Below, one piece after another: positions 36,674 to 47,904 of a stretch of DNA of 64,000 nt; the stretch's first letter is position 1, and each line of letters starts with the position of its first letter. Below the pieces are notes generated by a model, which made no database searches, was not told the origin of the DNA, and saw nothing but the letters and a program-made list of their open reading frames with translations. Where the stretch lies: NCBI GenBank assembly GCA_034521595.1, contig JAXHMG010000003.1, positions 2,112,001-2,176,000 on the forward strand. Direction: 5' to 3'. Position numbers and translations under genes: made by a program. The stretch comes from Gemmatimonadota bacterium (GTDB lineage Bacteria; Gemmatimonadota; Gemmatimonadetes; Longimicrobiales; Gaopeijiaceae).

Positions 36674-39337
36674 CTATTCCGCCTGCAACGCCTCCTTCGG
36701 ATCCACGCGGGCGGCAGCGCGCGCGGGCACCCACGAGGCCAGGACGGCCACGGCCAGGAAGAGGAGCCCGACCCCGGCGTAGGTCGGCAGGTCCAGGGCC
36801 GGCACACCGAACAGCATGCCGCGCAGGAGGGACGAGAGCGCCGCCGCTCCCAACAGCCCCACGCCGAGCCCGAGCACCACGGGCTTCAAGGCCCGCGACA
36901 CCACCAGCCGCTGAACCCCGGCCAGGTCCGCCCCGAGAGCGACCCGGACCCCGATCTCGTGCGTCCGCCGGCGCACCGAGTACGCCACCACGCCGTAGAT
37001 CCCCACGACCGCCAGGAGGGTGGCTCCGGCCGCGAATAGGGTCATCACGAACGCGAAGAACCGCGGCTGCGCGACGGCGTCGGCGTACGCGCTCCCGGCG
37101 GTGTAGACGGACCGAACGGGTTGGCGCTCGTCCACCTCCTCGACCGCTCGCCGGAGCGGTGCGACGAACGAGACGGGATCGCCGTCGACCCGGACGATGA
37201 AGGAGAAGACCCTCCTGGCGTTGACCCGGTCGTCGATGTAGGCCATCGGCGGCGGGGGCTCCGCGGGGTCGGTGTGGAGGACGTCCCCGACGACGGCCCG
37301 AACCGGAACGTCGTACTCGCCCACGCGCAGGGTGGCGTCCACCGCGTCCGCCGCGCTTCCGAACGCTTCACGGGCGAGGCGCTCGTTGACCACCAACGCC
37401 AGCTCCGGATCGCCTTCCGGAAGCGTGCCGCGCAGAACGGGGATCTCCATGACCTCGAAGAAGTCGTGGTGCACGTTCAGGAGCTGCGCGGTCCGCTCCT
37501 CTCCGGGAACGGGTGGAGGGTCGCCGGGCAGGGCCCAGGACATGCGCTCGCCCGTTCCGCGCGTCGGAAACTCCTTGGCCGTGGTGGCGCCCGTCACGCC
37601 CGGAATCGCCTCGAGCTCCGCGAGGAGTCGGTCCCGAAAGCCGAGGTAGGCGTCCGCCTCCTCGTAGCCCGACACGACCATGTCGGCGACGAGCAAGCCG
37701 TCGGGCTCGAATCCCGGATCGATGGCGGTCAGCTCGGCGAAGCTCCGCATGAGCAAGCCCCCACCGACCAGGAGCACGACCGCGAGGCCGACCTCGGCGA
37801 ACACCAGGCCGCCGAGCACCCCCCTGGCCTCGCCGGCTCCGGCGCCCGCCGTGCCCCGGCCGCTCCCGAGCCCGGTCCCTCCGACCCGGAGCGCGGGGAG
37901 CAGCCCGACCAGCAGGCCGGTCCCGACCGCCGCCGCGAGGGCGACGAGCAGCATGCCACCGTCGACGGAGATCGCTTCGGCGCGGGGGAGCAGACCGTCC
38001 GCGCCCGAGACGAGAACGGGCACGGCGAGGACGGCCAAGCCGGCCCCGACCAAACCGCCGGAGATGCTCAGAAACAGGCTTTCCACCAGGACCTGTCGCA
38101 CCAGGCGGCCGCGTCCGGCGCCGAGGGAAGCGCGCAGCTCGAACTCCCGGCGCCGCATGACGCCACGCGCCAGGAGCAGATTCGCGACGTTCGCGCACGC
38201 GATCAGGAGCGTGAGCACGATGGCTCCGGCCACCAGCGCCAAGGGGGTGCGCACGTCGCCGACGATCGCCTCGCGGACGGGCATGAGCTCGACCGAGGTG
38301 ATGCCTTCGTTCGTGTCCGGCACGTCCCGGGCGAGGGAGCGGGCCACACTCCCGAGCTCCTCCTCCGCGGCCGCGAGGTCGGTCGGGGCGCCACCCGGGC
38401 CCGCGGCGACGCGCGCGACGCCCTCGAACACCCGCACCTGGCGAAGCCGCCAGGGAACGGAGCTCTGCGAGACGTTCGCGAGGAAGGTCCAGAGCTCGGT
38501 CTCGGGCGACGGGAACGCGAAGCCCGGCGGCATCACGCCGGCGATCCGGTAGCCGCCCTGCTGGGTCTCGAGCGTGCCGCCGATGACCGACGGATCCGCC
38601 CCGAATCTCCGGCGCCAATACCCGTCCGAGAGCACCACGACCCGAGGCTCCGTCTCCTCGGCCTCGGCGGGCAGCGCGGCTCCGAGCGCGGGCGGCGTGC
38701 CGAGCGCCTCGAAGAAGCCGGGCGTCACGTAGGCCGTCGGCACTTCCTCGGGACTGCCGCCCCCGTCGGCCACCACCAGGCCTCCGAGCTCGGTGGAGTA
38801 CGCCCCGATCGCCGTCAGCGACTCCGACCGCTCCCGCCAGTCTCTCATGTCCGGGATGGACCACGACTGCCGCCCTCCGTCCGGATCCCCGGGCGCCGCC
38901 GGCCAGATCCGGACGACGCGCTCCTCGTCGGGGTACGGGAGCGGTTGAAGCAACACTCCGTGGACGACCGAATACATGGCGGTCGTCCCACCCACGCCGA
39001 GTGCCAGCGTGAGCAATGCCGCCACAAAGAGTCCCGGGCTCGAGCGTACCTGGCGCACCGCGACCACCAGGTCCCGTCCCGCTTCAGCCATCCATCGCGC
39101 GATCCCCATCGTCATCCTCCCCCATCCACGTGATTCCCTGCGGGCGCGCCGCACGGCCCGGTCCCGGTCGCCGAACTCCGCGCACGCGCGCCGCCGCGCC
39201 TCCGATGCGTCGAGGCCCTCGGCCACGAGCTCTCGCGTCCGGCTCTCGATGTGGAACCGGATTTCCTCCTCGATGTCGTCTCCGTCGGACACCCAATCGG
39301 GCGGCGGAGTCCGCCGGAAGCCCTCGGGGAGCCTCAC
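36674..39337 (-). CDS. ABC transporter permease (ADOP type, with permease-prefix domain)
   Basis: EEEIRFHIE...EARRRACAEFG prefix, TLALGVG, LIACANVANLLLAR, EIGVRVALGA. Confidence 0.92.
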   Translation of the reverse strand: MRLPEGFRRTPPPDWVSDGDDIEEEIRFHIESRTRELVAEGLDASEARRRACAEFGDRDRAVRRARRESRGWGRMTMGIARWMAEAGRDLVVAVRQVRSSPGLFVAALLTLALGVGGTTAMYSVVHGVLLQPLPYPDEERVVRIWPAAPGDPDGGRQSWSIPDMRDWRERSESLTAIGAYSTELGGLVVADGGGSPEEVPTAYVTPGFFEALGTPPALGAALPAEAEETEPRVVVLSDGYWRRRFGADPSVIGGTLETQQGGYRIAGVMPPGFAFPSPETELWTFLANVSQSSVPWRLRQVRVFEGVARVAAGPGGAPTDLAAAEEELGSVARSLARDVPDTNEGITSVELMPVREAIVGDVRTPLALVAGAIVLTLLIACANVANLLLARGVMRRREFELRASLGAGRGRLVRQVLVESLFLSISGGLVGAGLAVLAVPVLVSGADGLLPRAEAISVDGGMLLVALAAAVGTGLLVGLLPALRVGGTGLGSGRGTAGAGAGEARGVLGGLVFAEVGLAVVLLVGGGLLMRSFAELTAIDPGFEPDGLLVADMVVSGYEEADAYLGFRDRLLAELEAIPGVTGATTAKEFPTRGTGERMSWALPGDPPPVPGEERTAQLLNVHHDFFEVMEIPVLRGTLPEGDPELALVVNERLAREAFGSAADAVDATLRVGEYDVPVRAVVGDVLHTDPAEPPPPMAYIDDRVNARRVFSFIVRVDGDPVSFVAPLRRAVEEVDERQPVRSVYTAGSAYADAVAQPRFFAFVMTLFAAGATLLAVVGIYGVVAYSVRRRTHEIGVRVALGADLAGVQRLVVSRALKPVVLGLGVGLLGAAALSSLLRGMLFGVPALDLPTYAGVGLLFLAVAVLASWVPARAAARVDPKEALQAE

Positions 39338-39340
39338 CCC

Positions 39341-39673
39341 TCACCCCTCCTCGGGCGCGTCCGCCTTCAACACGCGCCCGACCGCCCGGGCGTAGGTCTC
39401 CCAGCTCCGGGTCCCCTCGGCCAGCGCCCGCCGTCCCTTCGGCGTGAGCTGATAGAACTTCGCGCGGCGGTTGTTCTCCGAGACGCCCCAGTCCGACTCC
39501 ACCAGGCCCTTGCGTCGGAGCCGGTGGAGGGCCGGGTAGAGGGCGCCTTCCTCCACGGTCAGCACGTCTTCGGTCGTCCGCTTGATCCAGCGGCTGATCG
39601 CGTAACCGTGCAGCGGGCCCCATTGCAGGGCCTTCAGGATCATGACATCGAGGGTTCCCTGCACCAGCTCCAC
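39341..39673 (-). CDS. PadR family transcriptional regulator (acidobacterial type)
   Basis: QGTLDVMILKAL..GPLHGYAI...EEGALYPALHRL...WGVSENNRRAKFYQLT. Confidence 0.95.
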   Translation of the reverse strand: MELVQGTLDVMILKALQWGPLHGYAISRWIKRTTEDVLTVEEGALYPALHRLRRKGLVESDWGVSENNRRAKFYQLTPKGRRALAEGTRSWETYARAVGRVLKADAPEEG

Positions 39674-39705
39674 GCGGCGGCCTCCCTGACGGCCCCTCGG
39701 GCCGT

Positions 39706-39766
39706 CCCCTAAGATGAGCAGGGGTGTTATTCGAGAATCGGCCCCTTCCCCTCAGGCGTCAAGGGG
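39706..39766 (-). promoter_or_regulatory. Two CCCCT-N9-AGGGG palindromes (candidate PadR operators) around a TTGACG -35
   Basis: Palindromes at 39706-39724 and 39748-39766; minus strand TTGACG at 39762-39757. Confidence 0.6.
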
Positions 39767-39924
39767 GCATGACTCGCCGCACGCACGCTCCTCGCCTATC
39801 AGCCCGTGTAGAAGTCGGTGGTCCGCATTCCCGGACGGGCCGATCAAGTCCGCCGACCCGGAGGCGGGATGGGGCGGGCTCCCGGAAGCGTGGGCGCCCG
39901 CGGTCGAGTCACGGTGTCCGGCGG

Positions 39925-40158
39925 CTACGGCTCGTCCAGAGTGGTGACGTCCACCGTGGGCGTGCCATCCTGGTCCACAGCGACTCGGACCTCCCACGGC
40001 CGACAGCACACCTCGCAGTCCTCCACGTACTCCTGGGAGCTTCCACCCCCCGGATCGACGAGCACCTCCACGGCTTCGCCGCAGTACGGGCACTGGACCG
40101 TGACGGCCTCGTCGAGGCCGGCCAGAGGTGGCTCGGGCTCGTCCCGATCACGCCGCAT
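39925..40158 (-). CDS. CPXCG motif cysteine-rich protein
   Basis: CPYCGE...VDP..G..QEYVEDCEVCCRPW. Confidence 0.9.
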   Translation of the reverse strand: MRRDRDEPEPPLAGLDEAVTVQCPYCGEAVEVLVDPGGGSSQEYVEDCEVCCRPWEVRVAVDQDGTPTVDVTTLDEP

Positions 40159-40169
40159 CGCGTGGCTCC

Positions 40170-40613
40170 TCAGGCGGTGGCGGAGGAGGAGGAGGAGGCC
40201 GCCTCATGCAGCTCGAGGGCCGGACCCTGTTCCCCGTCGGCCCGCGCGACCGCGTCCTCGCCCATGCGCACGTTGGCGTTGACGACCGCGCCCTCGCCCA
40301 CCTGGACCGTTCGCGCGAACACGTCGCCGTCGACTCGGCTGGATTCCTGGAGCTCGAGCCGCCCTTCGGCGACCAGCGTTCCACGGACGCTGCCCGCGAT
40401 GGTCGCGTCGCGGGCGCGCACGTCTCCGGTCACGAGGCCGCCCGGCCCGATGGCGACGGCCCGGCCGGCCCGAATCGAGCCTTCGACCGTCCCTTCGACC
40501 CGAATACTCCCCTGGGTCGTGCAATCTCCCACGAACGTCATTCCCGGTCCGACGATCGAGATCGTCTCCGTGTTCTCGTGACTCTGACTTTCCTTCGCGC
40601 GGTCGCGGCCCAT
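40170..40613 (-). CDS. Bactofilin (polymer-forming cytoskeletal protein)
   Basis: SIVGPGMTFVGD...GSIRVEGTVEG...IG..G.V.GDV.A beta-helix repeats; GGAGG RBS. Confidence 0.9.
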   Translation of the reverse strand: MGRDRAKESQSHENTETISIVGPGMTFVGDCTTQGSIRVEGTVEGSIRAGRAVAIGPGGLVTGDVRARDATIAGSVRGTLVAEGRLELQESSRVDGDVFARTVQVGEGAVVNANVRMGEDAVARADGEQGPALELHEAASSSSSATA

Positions 40614-40804
40614 GGCGCACCTCCCGTGTACGTTGGATCTTCGGTGGCGCGACGAGGGGGGTTGCCGGGAGTGGACGCCATCAGGCCCTTTCCCGACATC
40701 GACGCTGTGTACCGTACCTGAAGCTGCAAACAACGTGCCCGGGGCGAAGCAGGACCGACACCCACTAACCTCACTCACCACACCCCACACACCCGGAGAC
40801 CATC

Positions 40805-41299
40805 ATGCTCGACGCCATTCGCGACTTCTTCAGCTCGACGATGACTCCCGAGGACACACGGGAAACGGAAGGAACCACCGCGCATCCGGAGTCGGAGCCC
40901 GACTTGAAGCTCGCCGCGTGCGCCCTCCTCCTCGAGCTCGCGCATGCGGACGAGGAGTTCACGGGGGAGGAACGTCAACACGTGGAGTCCGCCGTACGGC
41001 GTCACTTCGGGCTCGATCCCGACGACGCCGAGCAACTCCTCCAGCTCGCCGAAGCGGAGCGGCGCGAGGCCGTCGATCTCTGGCAGTTCACCAACCTCGT
41101 CGACGAGAGCTACTCCCTCGGCCAGAAGACCCTGCTCGCGGAAGTGATGTGGGGGCTGGTCTACGCCGACGGGGAGTTGGCCCAGAAGGAAGCCCATCTC
41201 ATGCGGAAGATCTCCTACCTATTGCACCTGAAGCCGGGCTACCTGGCGGAGGCCCGGAAGCGCGTGAAGCGCCGCCGCGAGGACCTCGACGTAGACTGA
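40805..41299 (+). CDS. TerB family protein
   Basis: LAACALLLELAHAD...EE, LWQFT, LVYADG...KE..MRKI. Confidence 0.85.
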   Translation: MLDAIRDFFSSTMTPEDTRETEGTTAHPESEPDLKLAACALLLELAHADEEFTGEERQHVESAVRRHFGLDPDDAEQLLQLAEAERREAVDLWQFTNLVDESYSLGQKTLLAEVMWGLVYADGELAQKEAHLMRKISYLLHLKPGYLAEARKRVKRRREDLDVD

Positions 41300-41502
41300 C
41301 GGTGGGCTCCGACGCGGGTCGACGCCGGCGGCAAGATTTACGCGAGCTTGACATTTGACCTCCTCCCTCGTCCTATGAGCGATATGCTCTGGGACAGGGG
41401 TCACAGGGTTCGATGGCGGCTTGGCGTCTCCCTCGCATCACGGCGTGGAGACTGAAGGACATAGAAGAAAAAGATGAACGTCTCCAGCCGGAGGAGGGTC
41501 CC

Positions 41503-44460
41503 ATGTCATCGACCCATGTCCGAGACACTCGGAAGCACCCCTTCCGACCGCGCCGATCGTATGGCGTAGTCGGAACCATCGCGGCAGTCGCCGCGATGCT
41601 CGTCACGGTTCCCGCGGCCGCCCAGACCGGGCAGGTCACCGGAACCGTGACGAACGCGGCGTCGGGCGCCGTGGTCAGCGAAGCCCAGGTCTACCTCGTA
41701 GGCGAGGACCTCGGTGCGCTCAGCAGGAGCGACGGACGCTTCCTGCTCCTCAACGTTCCCGCCGGAACCCACGAGCTCAGAGCCGAGCGGATCGGGTTCG
41801 CGTCGACTACGGAAACCATCACCGTGACCGCGGGTGAGACCACCACGGTCGATTTCGCGCTCGCGTCCGAGGCGCTCGGGCTCGACGAGATCGTTGTGAC
41901 AGGCACCGCCGGCGCCTCCCGACGCCGTGAGATCGGTAACACCATCTCCCAGGTCAACGCCGACGATATCCCGGACGCTCCCGTCCAGGTATCGGACATG
42001 CTTCAGGGAAGCGCGCCCGGTCTCGACATCTACGGAGGCGGCGCGGCCGGCCAGGGTAAGACCGTGCGCCTGCGCGGAACGAATAGCGCTCTGCTCAACG
42101 AGCGCCCCATCGTCTACATCGACGGCGTCCGTATCCGGAGCCAACGGATTCCCGACGCGAACCCACCCGACCGCCGGGGCGGGCGAAGCGGCAACACCTC
42201 AGCGGACCCACTCGACCAGATCAACCCGAACGACATCGAGCGCATCGAGGTCATCAAGGGCTCGGCTGCGACGACGCTGTACGGCACCGAGGCCGCGGGC
42301 GGCGTGATCCAGGTGTTCACGAAGCAGGGAACCGGCGGAGCCCCCCAGTGGACCGCCGAGGTCGGGGGCGGAACGGAATGGAGCCGAGCCTTTGGCGTCG
42401 ACGGCTCCGGCGTTCCGCACAACAACATGGAGCACTGGTTGTGCACGGGCGTTTTCGAGTGCGGTCAGTTCGCGAACCAATCCTACGCCCAGGACTACTC
42501 GCTCTCCGTGCGCGGGGGGGCCGGTGGGGTCAACTACATGATCTCGGGTTCCTTCAGCGACGCTCAGGGGTTCATCACGAACGACACCCAGCAGCGGTAC
42601 ACCGCCACGTCGAACCTGAACTTCTCGCCGGCCGACGGGCTGCAGATCCAGTGGAACACGACGTACGGAAATCGCCTGTTGACGATGACGGCGCAGCAGA
42701 ACAACGCGCAGGGCATCACCCTGAACGCGTTCCGAGCCGAGCGGAACTACTTCGGCACCGGTGATCCGGAAGTGCTCAACGAGTTGATGGAACAGGACAT
42801 CAACGAGGACATCGAGCGCCTGACCACCGGCGCCACCATCACCTATTCGCCGGTCTCCGATCTCACGAACCGCTTCACCGTCGGGTACGATTGGACCGCC
42901 CGCGAGCACCGGAACCTTCGGCCGTATGCATGGGAGCAGGTGCCCGAAGGCGCGCTCCTGAACAACACCTTCCAGAACCGCGTGCTCTCGCTCGACTACG
43001 TGGGCACCTACAGCTTCTCGATCACCGACGCGATCGGAAGCAGCTTCTCGTGGGGCGGGCAAGCCGTCGGCAACGACGAACGCCTGCTCGAGGGCTTCGG
43101 AGAGAACTTCCCCGGAGCGGCCAATCCCACGCTCAACTCCGCGGCCACGGTCCAGTCCTTCGAGGAGCGTTCGAAGATCTGGAACGCGGGCTTCTTCTTC
43201 CAGAACGTCTTCGACGTCGCGGACAAGTACTTCATCACCGCCGGCCTCCGCGTCGACGGCAACAGCGCGTTCGGTGAAGGCTTCGGCCTGCAGGTGTACC
43301 CGAAGGTCAGCGGCTCGTGGATCGTCTCCGACGAGGACTTCTACCCGGACGTGGGTGAGTTCAAGCTACGGGCCGCCTTCGGGCAGTCCGGTCGCGCGCC
43401 GGGGCCGTTCGACCAGGTCCGCACGTGGTCACCCGAAGGACTGGCCGGAAACCCGGCCTTCGTGCCGGAGAACGTCGGCAACCCCGACATCGGCCCCGAG
43501 GTCACGACCGAGTTCGAAGGCGGGTTCGACGCCACGTGGTTCAACGACCGTCTCTCGACCTCCTTCACCTACTACAAGCAGGTCACGGAGGAAGCCCTCT
43601 TCAACGTGCCGCAGCTCCCCTCGAGCGGCTTCTCCAGCAGCCAGCTCACGAACATCGGGGAGCTCGAGAACGACGGCCTCGAGGTACAGGTCGACGCGAC
43701 GGTGCTCCAGACCGCCGACTGGACGGTGGACCTGGGCTTGAACGTCAGCACAAACGAGGGAATCATCACGGCGCTCGACGATCCGAGCCTGGAAACCAGT
43801 GACCGCAGGGTCGGCTACCCCATCCGTGCGGTGACCAACGAGAAGATCGCGAACCCGAACGAGCCCGCGAACTCGCTGGACGACGTCCGGTTCCTCCAGC
43901 CGGAGGATGCGGAGTGGCAGGGGACCGGCACGCAGCCGAACCAGTACCTGTACGGCTCGAACCTTCCCAAGACGTTCATCGATCCGTCCATCACCGTCCG
44001 CACGCCGGGAGGCGTCACTCTGGCGGCCCGGGGAGCCTACAGAGGCGGGTTCTACATGAACGAGAGCGTGTTCTCGATCGGGCGTAGCGTGCGCTCGCCG
44101 CTCTGCTTCCCCTACTACCAGAACCCTGAGGAATCGATCGACCTCCAGTCGGACATTCCGGCCCTCTGGTACGCGCGCTGCAACCCGGCCGACACCGAGG
44201 GCTACGTCTGGGACGCGAGCTACTTCAAGCTGCGGAGCGTGTCGGCCTCGATTCCGATGGACTTCGCGTTTCCCGAGCGGGTCAACAGCTCAGTGCTCAC
44301 GCTCGCGCTCAACAACTCCTACCTGTGGATGAAGGAGATGCCGTTCATGGATCCCGAGACGGCCTCCGACCCGAGCGGCGGTGCGCAGCAGGGCTACGAC
44401 TTCGAGGAGACGGTGCCACCACCGATTTCGCTCCGTATCTCCCTCCGGATCACCTTTTGA
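41503..44460 (+). CDS. SusC/RagA-like TonB-dependent receptor
   Basis: Carboxypeptidase-regulatory-like N-terminus, [43 protein letters not shown]-terminal F. Confidence 0.9.
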   Translation: MSSTHVRDTRKHPFRPRRSYGVVGTIAAVAAMLVTVPAAAQTGQVTGTVTNAASGAVVSEAQVYLVGEDLGALSRSDGRFLLLNVPAGTHELRAERIGFASTTETITVTAGETTTVDFALASEALGLDEIVVTGTAGASRRREIGNTISQVNADDIPDAPVQVSDMLQGSAPGLDIYGGGAAGQGKTVRLRGTNSALLNERPIVYIDGVRIRSQRIPDANPPDRRGGRSGNTSADPLDQINPNDIERIEVIKGSAATTLYGTEAAGGVIQVFTKQGTGGAPQWTAEVGGGTEWSRAFGVDGSGVPHNNMEHWLCTGVFECGQFANQSYAQDYSLSVRGGAGGVNYMISGSFSDAQGFITNDTQQRYTATSNLNFSPADGLQIQWNTTYGNRLLTMTAQQNNAQGITLNAFRAERNYFGTGDPEVLNELMEQDINEDIERLTTGATITYSPVSDLTNRFTVGYDWTAREHRNLRPYAWEQVPEGALLNNTFQNRVLSLDYVGTYSFSITDAIGSSFSWGGQAVGNDERLLEGFGENFPGAANPTLNSAATVQSFEERSKIWNAGFFFQNVFDVADKYFITAGLRVDGNSAFGEGFGLQVYPKVSGSWIVSDEDFYPDVGEFKLRAAFGQSGRAPGPFDQVRTWSPEGLAGNPAFVPENVGNPDIGPEVTTEFEGGFDATWFNDRLSTSFTYYKQVTEEALFNVPQLPSSGFSSSQLTNIGELENDGLEVQVDATVLQTADWTVDLGLNVSTNEGIITALDDPSLETSDRRVGYPIRAVTNEKIANPNEPANSLDDVRFLQPEDAEWQGTGTQPNQYLYGSNLPKTFIDPSITVRTPGGVTLAARGAYRGGFYMNESVFSIGRSVRSPLCFPYYQNPEESIDLQSDIPALWYARCNPADTEGYVWDASYFKLRSVSASIPMDFAFPERVNSSVLTLALNNSYLWMKEMPFMDPETASDPSGGAQQGYDFEETVPPPISLRISLRITF

Positions 44461-44474
44461 GTGGGCGCGATATC

Positions 44475-45923
44475 ATGAAACGGCAAGAAACAGTCAAGAC
44501 GAGACACCGCGTCCGGACCGGGGCCATGCTCATCATGGGCGTAGCGCTCACGACCGGGTGCGAAGTGACGAACCCCGGCCCCATCGAGGAAGAGTTTCTC
44601 ATTGAACCGGAGTCACGAGAGGGCCTCGTGAACGGCTCCCAGCGGCAGCTCGTGGTCGCGCTCGCCGGACCGGGCGGCATGGCCCGAAGCGGCGCGCTCG
44701 TGGCGCGCGAGATCACACCCGGGGGCCAGACCGGCTCCCACGGCCACGACGTGATCGAGCAAGCCGGACACATTCTTCCGGGTGAGGGGGGCGAGTTCGA
44801 CGAGCTCCAGGAGGCCCGCTTCATCGCGGAAACGGGGATCAACCTCTTCGAAGGCGAGGATGTCGACCCCGACCTCGTCGCCATGGCCAACATCTGGGCC
44901 GGCTTCTCGAACCGTGCGCTCGGGGAGCACTACTGCCAGGGCACGATCGACGGCAGCCCACCGTTCGACGCCACGGAGTATCTGACGCGCGCGGAGGGTC
45001 AGTTCACGGCCGCGATCAACGCGGCGTCCGACCCCGAGGTGCAGACGATCGCGCGAGCGGGGCGCGCGCAGGTGCGCGCGTTCCTGGCGACGTACGGAAT
45101 GAGCAATTGGTCCGACGCCGCCTCCGACGCGAGTGGCGTTCCCAACGGATTCACGTTCGAAGCCGACATGGACGGGAACAACTCGACCACGCGCAACTCG
45201 CTGTACTGGGCCATCGCCGGCACGCCGTACGGCTCGTACAGCATGTGGGCCTCGTACTACGGGAACGAGCCCGACCTGACGCAGCCGCAGCCTCACGACG
45301 AGGACGGTGGCTTCGGTCACCCGATCGAGGGCACGGGATACTTCGAGGAGTACGGCGATCCCCGGGTCGAGTGGACGACCGACCAACAGTTCTGGTCGGT
45401 CGGAGCGCTCGATGGATACGGTCAGGTCTACCGTCACATCCCGACGAAGTACACCAGCCAGAGCGACCCCTTCCCGTTGGCGGAGGGTCGGGAGATGCGG
45501 CTCATCGAGGCCGAGGCAGAGCTCGCGGCCGGTAATTACGAGGATGCTGTCGACATCATCAACGAGATGCGGGAGACGATCGAGACGGTCGAGACGATGA
45601 ACGTCGACGCCGGTGAAACGCTGGCTCCGTGGCCTGATCCCGCGAACGAAGACGAAGCGTGGATGCGCCTCAAGCGTGAGCGCGCGATCGAGCTCTTCTG
45701 GGAAGCCCGCACCATGGGCGACCAGCGTCGCTGGGCCCAGAACGACGTTCCGGGCGACCTCCAGCTGCCGAATTGGGAGGCCCTCTCGGACCTCTTCATC
45801 ACATGGCCGCGTGGCCTGGATCCCGTGGAATCGAACATTCCGGGTTACACGGAGCGTCAGCTCTGCTACGACATCCCGAACGACGAGCGGGAGCTGAACG
45901 AGAACATGGAGGAAGTCGGATAA
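44475..45923 (+). CDS. SusD/RagB-like outer-membrane lipoprotein
   Basis: Lipobox [45 protein letters not shown]. Confidence 0.85.
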   Translation: MKRQETVKTRHRVRTGAMLIMGVALTTGCEVTNPGPIEEEFLIEPESREGLVNGSQRQLVVALAGPGGMARSGALVAREITPGGQTGSHGHDVIEQAGHILPGEGGEFDELQEARFIAETGINLFEGEDVDPDLVAMANIWAGFSNRALGEHYCQGTIDGSPPFDATEYLTRAEGQFTAAINAASDPEVQTIARAGRAQVRAFLATYGMSNWSDAASDASGVPNGFTFEADMDGNNSTTRNSLYWAIAGTPYGSYSMWASYYGNEPDLTQPQPHDEDGGFGHPIEGTGYFEEYGDPRVEWTTDQQFWSVGALDGYGQVYRHIPTKYTSQSDPFPLAEGREMRLIEAEAELAAGNYEDAVDIINEMRETIETVETMNVDAGETLAPWPDPANEDEAWMRLKRERAIELFWEARTMGDQRRWAQNDVPGDLQLPNWEALSDLFITWPRGLDPVESNIPGYTERQLCYDIPNDERELNENMEEVG

Positions 45924-45963
45924 CCACCTAAGCCCGGGTCGCCTGACGCGACACCGGTGAACC

Positions 45964-46005
45964 AAAGAGGGGCCGCACCCGGATCCGGGTGCGGCCCCTC
46001 TTTTT
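45964..46005. terminator. Bidirectional intrinsic terminator
   Basis: Perfect 40-bp palindrome AAAGAGGGGCCGCACCCGGA/TCCGGGTGCGGCCCCTCTTT followed by T-tract, between convergent genes. Confidence 0.9.
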
Positions 46006-47827
46006 ATTGCTGCGCCGCCATCCCGCGCAGCGTCTCCGCGAGCCGTGACAGCTTCTCGGCATCGCCGCCGAGCTGCGCCGTGCGCACCGCCTCCGCGTCA
46101 GCCTCGAGCGCCGCGGCCACCTCGTTCAGCCTGGCGGCCGACGCGCTTCCGTCGAGCGCCTCCTCGACCTGGCGGGCCCGCTCGTCGAGAATGCGCTTCT
46201 CACGCACGAGCTGCTCCAGATACGCCCGGGCCACCGGCTCCGCGGCCGGCCAGGTGAACTTGGGCTGCATCTGCGCGTTGAACTCGTCGACCGTCGCGAG
46301 CTTCGCCGCTTCGACCTCGGCTTCGGACAGGTGCTCGCTCGGCACGATTTCGAAGACGTCGATCCCGCGGGAGATCTCGGCGCCGTAGATGGCCCCGTTG
46401 TACCAGTACGTCGACCAGTAACCACCGGTGAAGAGCTGCTCGTCGCTCAGCGGGCCACGGTCGAAGTAGGCGATCTCGTACGGATTCTCGGGGTCGGTGA
46501 AGTCGAGCACCGACACCCCACCCTGGTACCAGGCCTGGACCATGATGTCGCGGCCGGGCACCGGAATGAGCGAGCCGTTGTGCGCCACGCAGTTCTCCAT
46601 CTCGCTCTGGGGCACGGGCAGCTTGTAGTACCCGGCCAGATCGAGCTCCCCGTCGACGAGGCGGAAGATGGCGTTCGCACCCCACGTGTCCGGATCGGTG
46701 GCGCGGCAGCGGGGCGCGGAGCCTCCGCCCCACTCGTCCGTGAAGAGGACCTTGGTCGCGTCGTTGTTGAACGTGGCGGAGTGCCAGTAGGCGAAGTTCG
46801 GGTCGATCACCTCGTGCACACGCGTCGGGTTCACCGGATCCGTGATGTCGAGGAGGATGCCGTTTCCGGAGCACGCGCCCGCGGCGAGTCCGATCTCCGG
46901 ATACGCCGTGATGTCGTGGCACTGGTTGGTGCGGCGCGACGCCTGCGTGCCCGGGCCGTGATCGCCACCCGACCAGAGGCCGGCGATCTCCCCCGTCTCC
47001 GCGTCCGCGAAGATGCGGGGCATGTTCACGATCTCGGCCTCGTCGGGCGCGTCGAGGGGTACGCGCACGACCTCGATGCGGAAGAGCGCCGTGTTCTCGT
47101 CCTCCTCGGGCTCCGCGGCGGTGCATCCCGGAAGTTCGTCGGCGGGCCGTACGCTGCCGGTGCCCTGAATGTAGATGTAGATGTGCTCGGGGTCGTTCGG
47201 ATCCTCGACCAGAGTATGCGTGTGCGAGCCGCGGCAGGACTGTACGGCCGCTACCTGGCGGGGATCGGAGAGGTCGGAGATGTCGAAGATGCGCACGCCC
47301 AGCATCCGCACCTCGCTCACCGTCTCCTCGACCCCCTCGGTCCCACAATCGAGCCGCCCCCGATTCTCCTGGGCCGACATGACGAGGAGGTCACCGAGCA
47401 CGGAGACGTCACCCTGGCCTCCGGGGCAAACCACCGCCACTTCGAGCTCGGGATTCGCGGGGTCCGAGATATCGAAGACCTGGAAGCCGTTGTAGTTGCC
47501 CTGGAAGAGACGGTCGCCCTGAAACGCCACGTCGGTGTTGTTGAACCGTCCGTCCCCGGGCGTCTCGGGATTGCGGAAATCGTCCGGCCGCTCGAGGCTC
47601 GTCACGAGCTCCATGTTCCAGATCGCCTGCTCGGCATCCAACCAGCCGGCGCCGAGGTCGATCCTGGGATCGTTCGGATCCCATGTCATGCGCGGCTCGT
47701 TCGACTGCATCGCCTGCGCGTCCAGGGAAGCGCCGGGCACGGCGATGGTGAGCAGAAGCAAAGCCGCGACGAACGGCCAGCCCGCGCCTCCACGGATCCG
47801 GAGTGGGTGTGCAAAGGGTCGTCTCAT
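46004..47827 (-). CDS. Secreted LVIVD-repeat beta-propeller protein
   Basis: GNYNGFQVFDISDP, CPGGQGDVS, CRGSHTHT, CHDI, WHSATF, ENCVAHN. Confidence 0.85.
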   Translation of the reverse strand: MRRPFAHPLRIRGGAGWPFVAALLLLTIAVPGASLDAQAMQSNEPRMTWDPNDPRIDLGAGWLDAEQAIWNMELVTSLERPDDFRNPETPGDGRFNNTDVAFQGDRLFQGNYNGFQVFDISDPANPELEVAVVCPGGQGDVSVLGDLLVMSAQENRGRLDCGTEGVEETVSEVRMLGVRIFDISDLSDPRQVAAVQSCRGSHTHTLVEDPNDPEHIYIYIQGTGSVRPADELPGCTAAEPEEDENTALFRIEVVRVPLDAPDEAEIVNMPRIFADAETGEIAGLWSGGDHGPGTQASRRTNQCHDITAYPEIGLAAGACSGNGILLDITDPVNPTRVHEVIDPNFAYWHSATFNNDATKVLFTDEWGGGSAPRCRATDPDTWGANAIFRLVDGELDLAGYYKLPVPQSEMENCVAHNGSLIPVPGRDIMVQAWYQGGVSVLDFTDPENPYEIAYFDRGPLSDEQLFTGGYWSTYWYNGAIYGAEISRGIDVFEIVPSEHLSEAEVEAAKLATVDEFNAQMQPKFTWPAAEPVARAYLEQLVREKRILDERARQVEEALDGSASAARLNEVAAALEADAEAVRTAQLGGDAEKLSRLAETLRGMAAQQ

Positions 47828-47904
47828 GGTGATCCTCGTGTGCTCGTGTGGTAAACGGCGGATGGAAGTGAGCGTGTTGCTACGGGTGGTGCCGGTGGAA
47901 GCGG

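Noticed and set aside
41348..41388. Sigma70 promoter for the susC-like gene (TTGACA ... TATGCT)
   Set aside because: Spacing between the candidate -35 and -10 boxes does not fit 16-18 bp
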